A stretch of 49,479 nucleotides of DNA from Ruminococcus sp. (GCA_017471345.1 JAFUUV010000002.1:1-49479), one strand, 5' to 3'. Shown: positions 9,386 through 19,729, numbered from the stretch's first letter. Numbers and translations: made by a program. Notes: generated by a model from the sequence alone, not told the origin.

Positions 9386-12300
9386 ATGAAACAATGGATA
9401 CAACTGACAAGCCTGCTGCTGTCGGTACTGCTGATTGCCGGCATGGTGACCGCGCTGCCGGTTTCCGCGGCGACAGAGGACGAGGCGGTCGGCGGCTACG
9501 GCGATACGACCGAGTATGGCAGCTGGGGCTTCAGTGAAGCGACAGGCGTGCTGACCATCAGCGGCAGCGGCGCCATGACGGATTACTCCGCATCCAATCC
9601 CGCGCCGTGGGAGAGCGACAAGGAGGAAATCAGACGCATTGAGGTAAACAGCGGCATCACCGCTATCGGCAGCAACGCGTTTTCCAACTGTCCGAATGTG
9701 CAGACCGTCAGCCTGCCTGCCGGATTGACGAGCATCGGCAGCAACGCGTTTTTCATGGATAAGCAGCTGTCAGAGGTTGTTTTCAGCGGAGAAGACATCG
9801 CGCTCGAATCCATTGGCTTCGGCGCGTTTTCCAACTGCCAAAGCCTGTGGTATTTTCCGTTTAACCAATGTGAACGGCTGAAAACCATCGGCGTTTCGGC
9901 GTTTATCAGCTCCGGTCTGCACGGCAGAGCGGAAATGCCGCAAAGCCTGCAAAAAATCGACACCGGCGCCTTTGCCTATTCCGCGCTCGGCGGTATGGTG
10001 CTGCCGAATCCGTACACCGAGCTGGTGCAGCTTTCCGTCGGCTTGATAGATAATAACAGCGAAACCGGCGCGTACAATCCCGATTTTACGGTGTACGGCT
10101 ACGAGGCTTCCACCGCTCGGAACTACGCTGACGCGCACGGACTGCGCTTTGTCGATTTGGACGCGCGGGAAAGCCATATCTTTTACAGCGCCGGCAAGGT
10201 GCTGAACCTTGCGACCGGTCAGTACACAGACAGAGCGCTGACAGGCGAACGCCTGCGGCTGATGCTGCCGACAGAGCCGTATGCGCGTTTTCAGCGCTTT
10301 TTCAGTGACGATGTGGAAATCGAGGAAGCGGACGGCAGCTATTACTTCACGATGCCCGACCACACGGTCACCATCACGGCGGAAACGGAGCCTATCCCGA
10401 AGTTAGAGATCGTTTTCGGAACCAACAGCCAAGTGATGCTGCGACGGGCGGCATATGACTGCCTGCTCGACGTGCTGTCAGCGTACAAAACCGGCGCCAA
10501 CACCTATGATTTGGATCAGAACGGCACGGACGATATCGAGGTAGGGGCGTATTACGCGCGGAAGTTAGCGACAAACAGCGTTCCGGTGTCGATTGCTTTT
10601 CCGGCGCTGAACCGCACGGACTTTGCGCCGATTTCCTTTGTCTTTGCGCCGAATGTCTGCACCTCCGGCAGGCTGTGGCTGCAGATGCCCGAAGCCGGAG
10701 ACGCCTACGACTGGCAGACCGACAGCGCAAAGGTGACGCCCGTGGCCGGCGAACCCTTTCAGGTGACGCAGGCGAAGTGGTACAACGAATGGGGCATTGC
10801 TCCCGAGACCTTCGAGGGCGGCAAGAAGTATTTTGTGGAAATGACCATCAAGCCGGACAGCGGCTACGGCTTTATGCTGAGTACGTTTTTCTCGGTCGAT
10901 AACGCGAGCTGCCGCGTGATGGATATGTCAGAGGACGGCAGCGTCAGGGTTGTGACGGCGCCGATGTATGTTGCCGGCGAAAAACATCCTATCCATGTCT
11001 ACGGCGGCTTTGCCAATCCCGAGGAGGGAGAAACCAAAAATTACCGCGCGGTACACGAGGCAGCCGCAGGTGAAAGGCTGTTTCTCTGTATCGGCGAGGA
11101 GGACATTGCCGATGACGAGTATGTGGTGCAGGGCAGCCTGAGGGTTTGGTCCGATCAGGTGGCGTGTCAGGGCGAGGCAGGACAGTATTTCATCATGCCC
11201 GACGAGGATGTCGCGGTGACGCTCGACTACGAAACACGCAAACAGACAAACGGCGTGATGGATTTGCGCGGCGGTTCGTATACCACGCCTCCGCGGGGCG
11301 AAACCTTTGCGGAGCAGGTCACCTCGCAGGACTACGGAATGTATATCTTGCTGCTGAAAGCGTCCGCTGACACCGACACGGTGTTTAACAGCGATACCGG
11401 CAGGATGGAGTACCGCTTCGATATCGACGGCGACGGAAATGCGGATGTGCTGTACACGGGCAACACCTACAGCCTGAGTCCGACGTGCTCGCTGCACGAC
11501 CCCACCGGAAAGGTGACGCTGCGGCTCAGCCGTGAGCAAAGCATGACCGTGCCGATGCGCACGCTGACGATTTTGTTTGCTGACGCCACCGTGCAGCCGC
11601 ACCGGCTTTATATCACCAACGGTATCGCACTAAATCGGGACGGCAACCGCATCACAGAGGCATATGCCGGAGAGAGGGTCTACCTTGATTTTAATCCGGA
11701 TGATATCGCGGCGGATGAATATGTTGTGCAGCGCTCGATGGATTTCATCACCGATGACGTAACGGTGAACAATGAGGGCGACGCGCTGTTCACGATGCCC
11801 GACAAGGACGTCAGCATCACCATTACCTATCAGAAAGCAAAGCTGACGGAGGGTGTGATGGATTTACGCACCGGCAGCTACATTGCCAACGCCGCGAATT
11901 TTGCGCGGAGTGAGGCGTACGGGATGTCGTTCATTCTCGGCAGGCTTTCCAAGCGGCAGCATTCTTACCTTGACGAGGAAACGAATACCTTGGTCGAACA
12001 GTATGACGTGGATAATTACGGCGGCTATGATATCGCCTATGACGACGCCGCGCATACCTTCACCTTACTGGAGGGCAACAGCCTGCGGCCGGCTTCCGGC
12101 AGAATCACGCTCACCCTGCCGCGCAGCGCGTATTATACCGTGCCGATGCTCCGCATGACGATTCTTCTTGCCGGCGAGGACGCGCCGCATACCGTTACCG
12201 TGAAAAACGGCTTTGCGACCTCGGTGCGCGATGACGCGGACTTCCTGCTGACGAAGGAGTATCAGGGACAGGAGGTTTACCTGCTGAACGATCCGCAGGC

Positions 12301-12916
12301 GGTGCCTGAGGGCAAATACATTGTCAGCAGGAGCTTTGCCTCCGATGACGTGACGGTACAGGAGGACGGCTCGTTTGTGATGCCCGACCATGACGTGACC
12401 GTAACCGTCAGCTACCGGCTTGCCGATCAGACGCCCTACACCCTTGATTTGACCTCCGGCAAGGCGGCGGTGACCTTTACGGTTGCCATGGATGTCACCG
12501 CGGCGCTGGAGAATGTTGCCAAGGTGACGACGCGGCAGTCGCATTTTACTCTTTATGATATGGACGGCGACGGCGCGGCGGATATCCGCTTTGACGCGAA
12601 TGTCATGGAATTTGAAAAGTGCTCCGACACGCTGACCGGCGTGATGACACTTGACGTTTCGGAGCAGGTGCGCGCAGAACGCCGCTTCTGTCCGGTGACG
12701 CTTCTGCTGGGCAAAACGCTCACAGGCGATGTGAACGGCGACGGCAAGGTGGACATTACCGACGCCACCTATGTGCAGATGTACATCGCCGGTATGATAC
12801 CCCTCGGCGAAGCCGCGCGGTACAACGCCGACATCAACCGCGACGGCAAGATAGACATCACCGACGCGACCTTCATCCAGATGTACGTCGCCGGTATCCT
12901 TGACCGGTTAGGCTAA
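9386..12916 (+). CDS. Secreted BspA-type LRR protein with four ~200-aa repeats and a C-terminal dockerin
   Basis: AGGAGG RBS, signal peptide, LTISGSGAM, IGSNAF-type LRRs, repeated F(T/I/V)MPD modules, dockerin GDVNGDGKVDITDAT...ADINRDGKIDITDAT. Confidence 0.88.
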   Translation: MKQWIQLTSLLLSVLLIAGMVTALPVSAATEDEAVGGYGDTTEYGSWGFSEATGVLTISGSGAMTDYSASNPAPWESDKEEIRRIEVNSGITAIGSNAFSNCPNVQTVSLPAGLTSIGSNAFFMDKQLSEVVFSGEDIALESIGFGAFSNCQSLWYFPFNQCERLKTIGVSAFISSGLHGRAEMPQSLQKIDTGAFAYSALGGMVLPNPYTELVQLSVGLIDNNSETGAYNPDFTVYGYEASTARNYADAHGLRFVDLDARESHIFYSAGKVLNLATGQYTDRALTGERLRLMLPTEPYARFQRFFSDDVEIEEADGSYYFTMPDHTVTITAETEPIPKLEIVFGTNSQVMLRRAAYDCLLDVLSAYKTGANTYDLDQNGTDDIEVGAYYARKLATNSVPVSIAFPALNRTDFAPISFVFAPNVCTSGRLWLQMPEAGDAYDWQTDSAKVTPVAGEPFQVTQAKWYNEWGIAPETFEGGKKYFVEMTIKPDSGYGFMLSTFFSVDNASCRVMDMSEDGSVRVVTAPMYVAGEKHPIHVYGGFANPEEGETKNYRAVHEAAAGERLFLCIGEEDIADDEYVVQGSLRVWSDQVACQGEAGQYFIMPDEDVAVTLDYETRKQTNGVMDLRGGSYTTPPRGETFAEQVTSQDYGMYILLLKASADTDTVFNSDTGRMEYRFDIDGDGNADVLYTGNTYSLSPTCSLHDPTGKVTLRLSREQSMTVPMRTLTILFADATVQPHRLYITNGIALNRDGNRITEAYAGERVYLDFNPDDIAADEYVVQRSMDFITDDVTVNNEGDALFTMPDKDVSITITYQKAKLTEGVMDLRTGSYIANAANFARSEAYGMSFILGRLSKRQHSYLDEETNTLVEQYDVDNYGGYDIAYDDAAHTFTLLEGNSLRPASGRITLTLPRSAYYTVPMLRMTILLAGEDAPHTVTVKNGFATSVRDDADFLLTKEYQGQEVYLLNDPQAVPEGKYIVSRSFASDDVTVQEDGSFVMPDHDVTVTVSYRLADQTPYTLDLTSGKAAVTFTVAMDVTAALENVAKVTTRQSHFTLYDMDGDGAADIRFDANVMEFEKCSDTLTGVMTLDVSEQVRAERRFCPVTLLLGKTLTGDVNGDGKVDITDATYVQMYIAGMIPLGEAARYNADINRDGKIDITDATFIQMYVAGILDRLG

Positions 12917-12923
12917 GTTTTTT

Positions 12924-12956
12924 CGCCTCCTCTGTCGGTGACAGGGGAGGCGGTTT
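12924..12956 (+). terminator. Terminator hairpin
   Basis: cgcctcctctgtc-ggt-gacaggggaggcg followed by gttt. Confidence 0.7.
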
Positions 12957-13001
12957 GCGTGAAAACCGCGAAAAACATTTTAATTCTTGACTCGAAAATA
13001 C

Positions 13002-13030
13002 TTGACGAAAGCGCGAAAATAAGGTATAAT
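13002..13030 (+). promoter_or_regulatory. Sigma-A promoter of the rpmH operon
   Basis: TTGACG-17 bp-TATAAT. Confidence 0.75.
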
Positions 13031-13071
13031 GCTATATTGCAAGGCTATGTTTTGAAGGGAGGGTTTCGCTT

Positions 13072-13206
13072 ATGTTGAGAACATATCAGCCTAAGAAGCT
13101 CCACAGAAAGAAGGAGCACGGCTTCAGAAAGAGAATGTCAACGTCCAACGGCAGAAAAGTTTTAGCCAGAAGAAGAGCTAAAGGCAGAAAAAGGTTGTCT
13201 TACTAA
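13072..13206 (+). CDS. rpmH: 50S ribosomal protein L34 (too short for the ORF track)
   Basis: Manual translation [44 protein letters not shown]; GGAGGG RBS; lies upstream of rnpA. Confidence 0.97.
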   Translation: MLRTYQPKKLHRKKEHGFRKRMSTSNGRKVLARRRAKGRKRLSY

Positions 13207-13266
13207 AGAAAAGGCCACTTTTCAATGTGGTCTTTCTTTATACGTCAAGACGGTTGGAGGAATGTG

Positions 13267-13623
13267 ATGTCGAGGTATGTCACAATTAAGGAAAACAGGG
13301 AGTTTTCGCGCGTGTACCGCAGAGGAAAGTCCTTTGTCAGTCCGCTGTTAGTGACCTATGTCATTCGCAGCAGGGACAAAAACCGTCCGCCGCGTTACGG
13401 AATTACCACAGGGAAAAAGGTCGGCAATGCTGTCAGGCGTTCAAGGGCAAGACGTGTGATCAGAGCAAGCTACGACCATCTTTATCCCCAGCTTCAAAAC
13501 GGCTGGGAGATGATTTTTGTCGCGAGGGCGAAAACGCCCTTCGTCAAGTCGCAGAATGTGGAAAAGACGATGAAGAACCACCTGAAACAGGCAGGCGTCC
13601 TGATGAATCGGGGATCGGCATGA
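13267..13623 (+). CDS. rnpA: Ribonuclease P protein component
   Basis: [30 protein letters not shown]; GGAGG RBS. Confidence 0.95.
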   Translation: MSRYVTIKENREFSRVYRRGKSFVSPLLVTYVIRSRDKNRPPRYGITTGKKVGNAVRRSRARRVIRASYDHLYPQLQNGWEMIFVARAKTPFVKSQNVEKTMKNHLKQAGVLMNRGSA

Positions 13624-13835
13624 AAGTTATTTTGATCGCGCTCATAAAATTTTATAAGTCCGCAATTTCTCCTCATACCCGTGCCCACTGCAAGTATTAC
13701 CCCACCTGTTCGCAGTACGGACTGGAAGCAATTGAACGCTTCGGAGCGCTCAAGGGCGGCGCTCTGACCATTTGGCGTGTTTTGCGCTGTAACCCTTTTT
13801 CAAAGGGCGGATACGACCCCGTACCCGAAAAATGA
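13620..13835 (+). CDS. yidD: Membrane protein insertion efficiency factor
   Basis: [11 protein letters not shown]...[14 protein letters not shown]. Confidence 0.95.
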   Translation: MKVILIALIKFYKSAISPHTRAHCKYYPTCSQYGLEAIERFGALKGGALTIWRVLRCNPFSKGGYDPVPEK

Positions 13836-13853
13836 TTTGAAGCGAGGTTAAAT

Positions 13854-14840
13854 ATGCAAATTTTCGGCTTTCTCGGCTATATTCTCGGATACGCGCTGTG
13901 GGCAGCGTTTTATGTATTCCAGAATTTCGGACTCGCCATTATTGTATTTACCATTCTTGTCAAGCTGCTGGTATTTCCTTTTTCCGTCAAGCAGCAAAAG
14001 TCCATGGCGGGACAGGCCCGTCTGGCAAAAAAACAAAAGGAACTCCGCGAGAAGTACGCGAACAACCGTGAGCTGCTTCAGGAGGAAATGAACAAGCTTT
14101 ATGAAAAAGAAGGCGTAAAGCCGATGGGCGGATGTCTGACCATGATTATTCCGATGCTTGTTCTCTTCGGCGTATTCTACGCCGTTGCTTATCCGCTCAC
14201 CAACACTCTTCACATCAACGGGGACGCCGTGAATTCGGCAGTCAGCTATATGTCCAAAATTCCGGGCTTTGTAGCGAATTCCAATCCTACCTATCAGCAG
14301 ATCGCGCTGATTAAGATTTTCCCCAATATCGTCAATACCGACACCATTCAGAGTCTTTTTACCGCCGCGGATATCGACAAAATCCATATGTTCTCCAACG
14401 GCTTCGGTCTGTTCGGACTGGATTTGCTCGAGGTACCGGCTGACCACGGCTTTTGGTCTTGGTATCTGCTGTTTCCGGCACTCTGCTTGGTTTCCAACAT
14501 CGGCTCTCAGTTTATTATGACCAAGGTCAACAGCGCCAACATGGGTCAGCAGCAGGGCTGCATGAAGTTTGCCATGTATCTGCTGCCGCTGTTCTCCGCC
14601 TACATTACCTACTCCGTTCCCAGTGCGCTGGGCTTTTACTGGATTATTTCCGCGGTCATCAGCCTGATTCAGTCGATTGTTCTCGCGAAGGTATACAGTC
14701 CGGCGAAAATGATTGCCAACAGCGAGGCACGCCATGCCGCGCTGCTCTTTGAAAATGAGGCAAAGGTTCCGTATGTTTACGCGCCGAGAGAGTCCGTCTC
14801 GGCAGGCAACGCGAATGCCAAAAAGAAAAAGAAAAAGTAA
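13854..14840 (+). CDS. yidC: Membrane protein insertase YidC/Oxa1/SpoIIIJ family
   Basis: NFGLAIIVFTILVK, LYEKEGVKPMGGCL, ALGFYW; conserved gene order. Confidence 0.92.
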   Translation: MQIFGFLGYILGYALWAAFYVFQNFGLAIIVFTILVKLLVFPFSVKQQKSMAGQARLAKKQKELREKYANNRELLQEEMNKLYEKEGVKPMGGCLTMIIPMLVLFGVFYAVAYPLTNTLHINGDAVNSAVSYMSKIPGFVANSNPTYQQIALIKIFPNIVNTDTIQSLFTAADIDKIHMFSNGFGLFGLDLLEVPADHGFWSWYLLFPALCLVSNIGSQFIMTKVNSANMGQQQGCMKFAMYLLPLFSAYITYSVPSALGFYWIISAVISLIQSIVLAKVYSPAKMIANSEARHAALLFENEAKVPYVYAPRESVSAGNANAKKKKKK

Positions 14841-14865
14841 GTTTTGGAATTTTCAGAGGTAAAAA

Positions 14866-15666
14866 ATGATTAAAGAAGCAATTTGTGAGGGCTCTGACGT
14901 TCAGGACGCCCTCAATAAAGCGAAGGCTCAGCTCGGCTTGGACGAAACCGCCGAGTATGAGTTCGAGATTGTCCAGACCGAGGAAAAGAAAAAGTTCGGT
15001 CTTTTCGGCGGCAGACCTGCCATTGTGCGCGTGTTCCTCAGGGAAACCCCCGACGAGAAGGCGGAAAAATTTCTTCGCGAGGTGCTCGATAAAATGCTGC
15101 TTCCGGGCGTGGAGATTGAAAAGAAGCTCGATGAAAACGCCGTTGAGTTCAACCTGTCCGGCGAGGACGTCGGCTTTGTCATCGGCAGAAGAGGCGAAAC
15201 GCTCGACGCGCTGCAGTATCTGACCAGTCTGGTTGCCAACCACGGCGAGGAGCCTTACACCAAGGTTTCCGTCAACACCGGCAACTACCGTGAGAAGAGG
15301 GAAAAAACCCTTGAAATTCTCGGCAGAAAGCTTGCTATCAAGGCGGTCAAGACCGGCAGAAAGACTGGCTTGGAGCCGATGAATCCCTATGAAAGACGGA
15401 TTATCCACACCGCCGTGCAGAAGGTGGAGGGCGCCATTTCGTGGAGCGAGGGCGAAAACGCCGCGCGTCACGTTGTCATCGGTCCCGACCCGAAGGTGGT
15501 CAGGAATAACCGCAAGGGCGGCTACAACAACAACCGCAGAGGCGGCGGCAGACGTTCCTACAACGGCGGCCGCAAGCCCAAGCATCAGCCGGCGCCTGTG
15601 AATCCCGACAGAGTACCGCTCAATGAAGGCGGCGAAACAACAGGTCTTTACGGCAGAATTAAATAA
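14866..15666 (+). CDS. jag: Jag/EloR/KhpB RNA-binding protein (Jag_N, KH, R3H)
   Basis: KKFGLFG, IGRRGETLDALQYL, LEPMNPYERRIIH. Confidence 0.95.
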   Translation: MIKEAICEGSDVQDALNKAKAQLGLDETAEYEFEIVQTEEKKKFGLFGGRPAIVRVFLRETPDEKAEKFLREVLDKMLLPGVEIEKKLDENAVEFNLSGEDVGFVIGRRGETLDALQYLTSLVANHGEEPYTKVSVNTGNYREKREKTLEILGRKLAIKAVKTGRKTGLEPMNPYERRIIHTAVQKVEGAISWSEGENAARHVVIGPDPKVVRNNRKGGYNNNRRGGGRRSYNGGRKPKHQPAPVNPDRVPLNEGGETTGLYGRIK

Positions 15667-15675
15667 GCTTCCATG

Positions 15676-15706
15676 CAAAAGAGCGGAGTATCCCGCTCTT
15701 TTTTGT
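15676..15706 (+). terminator. Terminator after jag
   Basis: aaaagagcgg-agtatc-ccgctctttttt. Confidence 0.7.
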
Positions 15707-15758
15707 TGTACGGAACGCTTTTATTATACATATACAAATCATACAGTAGGGAACCGAT

Positions 15759-17129
15759 ATGACGCATAATGATACGATTGCCGCCATCAGCACCGCGCAG
15801 GGCGAGGGCGGTATCGGCGTGATTCGCGTGTCCGGCACAGACGCCGCCGCGATTGCCGACAGAGTTTTTCATCACATCCATCATAAAAAATTAACAGACA
15901 TGAAGGGCTACACCGCCGCCTACGGCGAGATTGTCTTTGAGGGCGAAAAGTTGGACGAGGCGGTCGCGCTGGTATTTCGCGCGCCGCACAGCTACACCGG
16001 TGAGGACGTGGTGGAGCTGTCGTGTCACGGCGGCGTGTACATCACCCAACAGGTGCTTCGCGCGGTGCTCAACGCCGGCGCAAGACCGGCGGAGGCAGGC
16101 GAGTTTACCAAACGCGCGTTTCTCAACGGCAAGTTGGATTTGACCGAGGCGGAGTCGGTGATGGACATCATCGCCGCGAAAAGTCGCAGCGCGGCGCGTT
16201 CGGCAATGTCTGTCCGTGACGGTGCGCTCCGCCGTAAAATGACGGCGGTCAAGGACGCGCTGCTGGCGCAGACGGCGCATCTTGCGGCGTGGGCGGATTA
16301 TCCCGAGGAGGACATCGCCGACGTGAGCGTCGAAGAGATTATCGCCACCTGCGCACAGGCGGAAGCGACGCTGCAGCGCTTGCTCGAAACCTATGACGCC
16401 GGACAGGCGGTCAAGCAGGGCATTGACACCGTGATTGCCGGCAGACCGAATGTCGGCAAAAGCACGCTGATGAATTTGCTCTCGGGCTACGAAAAAAGCA
16501 TTGTGACCGATATCCCCGGCACCACGCGCGACGTGGTGGAGGACACCGTCCTTGTCGGCGACGTGATACTCCGTCTCAGCGATACCGCCGGTCTGCGTGA
16601 CACCGACGACGCGGTGGAGCAAATCGGCGTTGACCGCGCGCGCAAGCGTCTGCAACAGTGCGGCTTGCTGTTGGCGGTCTTTGACAACAGCCGTTCGCTC
16701 GACAGCGAGGACATGGCGCTGCTTGCCTTGGCAAAGGAGGTTCCGACCGTCGCGATTGTCAATAAAACGGATTTAGCGCCGCGGTTGGATGTGGAGCGGA
16801 TTCGTCAGAGCGTCGGCACCGTCGTGAGCATTTCCGCTGTAAGCGGCGAGGGCAGGGAAGAGGTCGTCCGCGCGGTAGAGCGGATTGCCGGTACCGCCAA
16901 CCTCAATCCGAGCGAGGGGATTCTCTCCAACGAGCGACAGCGCGGCAATGTTTACCATGCTTTGCAGTCCGTCCGCGAGGCAAGGGCGGCGGCGGAGATG
17001 GGGATGACCTTTGACGCCATTACGGTTTCGCTGGAGGACGCGATTTCCGAGCTCCTTGAAATGACCGGTGAGAAAACCGGCGAAGAAGTCCTCGACCGTG
17101 TGTTCCACAACTTCTGTGTGGGAAAATAA
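15759..17129 (+). CDS. mnmE: tRNA modification GTPase MnmE (TrmE)
   Basis: DTIAAIST, SYTGED, GEFTKRAFLNGK, GRPNVGKS, DTAG, NKTD, C-terminal FCVGK. Confidence 0.97.
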   Translation: MTHNDTIAAISTAQGEGGIGVIRVSGTDAAAIADRVFHHIHHKKLTDMKGYTAAYGEIVFEGEKLDEAVALVFRAPHSYTGEDVVELSCHGGVYITQQVLRAVLNAGARPAEAGEFTKRAFLNGKLDLTEAESVMDIIAAKSRSAARSAMSVRDGALRRKMTAVKDALLAQTAHLAAWADYPEEDIADVSVEEIIATCAQAEATLQRLLETYDAGQAVKQGIDTVIAGRPNVGKSTLMNLLSGYEKSIVTDIPGTTRDVVEDTVLVGDVILRLSDTAGLRDTDDAVEQIGVDRARKRLQQCGLLLAVFDNSRSLDSEDMALLALAKEVPTVAIVNKTDLAPRLDVERIRQSVGTVVSISAVSGEGREEVVRAVERIAGTANLNPSEGILSNERQRGNVYHALQSVREARAAAEMGMTFDAITVSLEDAISELLEMTGEKTGEEVLDRVFHNFCVGK

Positions 17130-17144
17130 TTGAAAACAGGAATG

Positions 17145-19025
17145 ATGAACATGACATATGAAGCAGGTACCTACGACGTCGCCGTCATCGGCGCCGGACA
17201 CGCCGGCATAGAAGCCGCGCTTGCCGCCGCCAGACTCGGCTGTCATACCGCTGTTTTTACCATCAATATGGACGCCGTCGGCAACTGTCCGTGCAACCCC
17301 TCCATCGGCGGCACCGCCAAGGGGCATTTGGTGCGCGAGCTGGACGCGCTCGGCGGCGAAATGGGCAAGACCGCCGACGCGTGCTTTTTACAATCGCGGA
17401 TGCTCAACCGCGGCAAAGGACCGGCGGTTCATTCGCTGCGTGCGCAGATTGACCGCCGTCAGTATGCCGAGGTGATGAAGCATAAGTTAGAGCTGCAGGA
17501 CAACCTTGATCTGCGGCAGGCGGAAATTACCGCGATTCGTCCCGACGGCGACGGCTATGCCCTGACGACGCGGATGTTGGCGGTCTATCACTGCAAAACG
17601 GTGATTATCGCGACCGGCACCTACCTCGGCGGCAGAATCTATGTCGGCGAGGTCAGCTACGAAAGCGGCCCCGACGGCATTTTTCCGGCGACAGCCTTGG
17701 GCGCGAGTCTGAAAGACCTCGGCCTGCCGCTTCGTCGCTTCAAGACCGGTACACCGGCGCGTGTGCTGCGGCGCTCCATTGACTTCACCGATTTAGAGGT
17801 GCAGAAGGGCGACGAGCCGCCGGAGCCGTTTTCTTATGAAACCGAGAGCCTCGGCGACAACAAGGTGGACTGCCACATCAGCTGGACAAACGACGCGACG
17901 AAACAGGTGATTTTGGAAAATATTCACCGTTCGCCCCTGTACGCCGGACAGATTGAGGGTGTGGGACCGCGCTACTGTCCGAGCTTTGAGGATAAAATCA
18001 TGCGCTTCAAGGACAAGCCGCGCCATCAGCTCTTTATTGAGCCTTGCGGCGAGAATACGGAGGAGATGTACCTGCAGGGCATGAGCAGCTCGCTGCCCGA
18101 GGAGGTGCAGCTGCAATTTTACCGTACCATCAAGGGCTTGGAGCACTGCGTTATCATGCGCCCTGCCTACGCGATTGAATATGACTGCGTGGATCCGACC
18201 GCGATGCGTCCGACGCTGGAATTCAAGACTTACCCGAATCTTTTCGGCGCCGGACAGTTCAACGGCAGCTCCGGTTATGAGGAAGCGGCGGCACAGGGCT
18301 TTGTCGCCGGCGTCAACGCGGCGCATAAGGTGCTTGGCAGAGAACCGTTTGTCCTGCCGCGCGACAGCTCTTACATCGGCACACTGGTGGATGATTTGGT
18401 TACCAAGGGCGCCAACGAGCCGTATCGCATGATGACCTCGCGCAGTGAATACCGTTTGGTGCTGCGTCAGGATAATGCCGACGAACGGCTGACGCCGATA
18501 GGCTATCAGCTTGGACTCATCAGCGAGGAACGCTACCGGCGTTTTCTGCACAAGCAGGAGCAGAAGCAACTCGAAATCAAACGCCTGAAGGCGACGGTGG
18601 TGGCGCCGACCGAGGAGGTCAACGCGATACTTGTTTCACGTGAAACATCGCCGATTTCCACCGGCGTGCGTCTGATTGAGCTCCTGCGACGTCCGCAGTT
18701 AGACTATGAAGCGCTCACGGCGATTGATACAACGCGTCCGCCGCTCAGCCGCCGCATGATGGAGCAGGTGCAGACGGAGATTAAATACGAGGGTTACATC
18801 CAAAAGCAGCTCAGGCAGGTGGAGCAGGCACGCCGACTGGAAGGCAAGCGCCTGCCAACAAATTTTGATTACCGTGCCATTCAGGGCTTGCGCCTCGAAG
18901 CGCAGGAGAAGCTCAACAAGATTCAGCCGCTCAACATCGGTCAGGCGTCCCGTATTTCCGGCGTATCACCGGCGGATATCAGCGTGCTGCTCATCTGGCT
19001 GGCAGCGAACAAGGAGAAGCCGTGA
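17145..19025 (+). CDS. mnmG: tRNA uridine-5-carboxymethylaminomethyl synthesis enzyme MnmG (GidA); start could be 17142-17151
   Basis: VIGAGHAG, CNPSIGG, RFKTGTP, GPRYCPS, AGQFNG, YEEAAAQG. Confidence 0.97.
   Translation: MNMTYEAGTYDVAVIGAGHAGIEAALAAARLGCHTAVFTINMDAVGNCPCNPSIGGTAKGHLVRELDALGGEMGKTADACFLQSRMLNRGKGPAVHSLRAQIDRRQYAEVMKHKLELQDNLDLRQAEITAIRPDGDGYALTTRMLAVYHCKTVIIATGTYLGGRIYVGEVSYESGPDGIFPATALGASLKDLGLPLRRFKTGTPARVLRRSIDFTDLEVQKGDEPPEPFSYETESLGDNKVDCHISWTNDATKQVILENIHRSPLYAGQIEGVGPRYCPSFEDKIMRFKDKPRHQLFIEPCGENTEEMYLQGMSSSLPEEVQLQFYRTIKGLEHCVIMRPAYAIEYDCVDPTAMRPTLEFKTYPNLFGAGQFNGSSGYEEAAAQGFVAGVNAAHKVLGREPFVLPRDSSYIGTLVDDLVTKGANEPYRMMTSRSEYRLVLRQDNADERLTPIGYQLGLISEERYRRFLHKQEQKQLEIKRLKATVVAPTEEVNAILVSRETSPISTGVRLIELLRRPQLDYEALTAIDTTRPPLSRRMMEQVQTEIKYEGYIQKQLRQVEQARRLEGKRLPTNFDYRAIQGLRLEAQEKLNKIQPLNIGQASRISGVSPADISVLLIWLAANKEKP
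18632..18647. promoter_or_regulatory. parS centromere site inside mnmG
   Basis: Perfect palindrome TGTTTCACGTGAAACA, the Firmicute parS consensus. Confidence 0.88.
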
Positions 19026-19729
19026 TGAAACAATATTTATCAAAGGCGCTGCAGGACTTTCGCGTGCAGCTGAACGCGCAGCAAATCGAGCAGCTTGAAG
19101 GCTATTTTCATCTTCTTGTCGAGTGGAATGAAAAAATCAACCTCACCGCGATTACCGACGCGCAGGGGGTGGCTGTCAAGCACTTCGCCGACAGCCTGAC
19201 CATTTTCAATTATATCAACGTGCCGCAGAACGCCAAGGTTATCGACGTCGGCACCGGCGCAGGCTTCCCGGGACTGGTGCTGAAAATCGCGCGTCCCGAT
19301 ATCCGGCTGACCTTGCTCGACAGCCTGCAAAAGCGGCTGCGTTTCCTCGGCGTGGTCTGTGAGGAAATCGGAACGGAAGCCGAGCTGATTCACAGCAGGG
19401 CAGAGGAGGGCGGTCGCTCTCCGGCACTGCGTGAGCGCTATGATTTGGCTGTGTCACGCGCCGTGGCAAGGCTGAATGTCCTCAGCGAATACTGTCTGCC
19501 TTACGTCAGGGTCGGCGGAAGCTTTGTCGCGTTCAAGGCGGCGGCGGAGGAAGAAATTGCCGACGCGCAAAACGCGATTGTTACCCTCGGCGGCAAGGTC
19601 AGGGAAACGTATTCATTCGAGCTGCCGATGAACGGCGGCAGCCGCACGTTAGTGGAAATCGGTAAGGTGAAGCACACGCCCGGGCAGTATCCGCGCCCCA
19701 ACGGGAAGATGAAAGCAAAACCACTCTGA
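19025..19729 (+). CDS. rsmG: 16S rRNA m7G527 methyltransferase RsmG (GidB)
   Basis: WNEKINLTAI, HFADSL, DVGTGAGFPG, SRAVA. Confidence 0.96.
   Translation: MKQYLSKALQDFRVQLNAQQIEQLEGYFHLLVEWNEKINLTAITDAQGVAVKHFADSLTIFNYINVPQNAKVIDVGTGAGFPGLVLKIARPDIRLTLLDSLQKRLRFLGVVCEEIGTEAELIHSRAEEGGRSPALRERYDLAVSRAVARLNVLSEYCLPYVRVGGSFVAFKAAAEEEIADAQNAIVTLGGKVRETYSFELPMNGGSRTLVEIGKVKHTPGQYPRPNGKMKAKPL

Noticed and set aside
15401-15409. Perfect DnaA box TTATCCACA
   Set aside because: Single copy inside jag, encoding the conserved R3H residues RIIHT; no cluster or AT-rich unwinding element nearby
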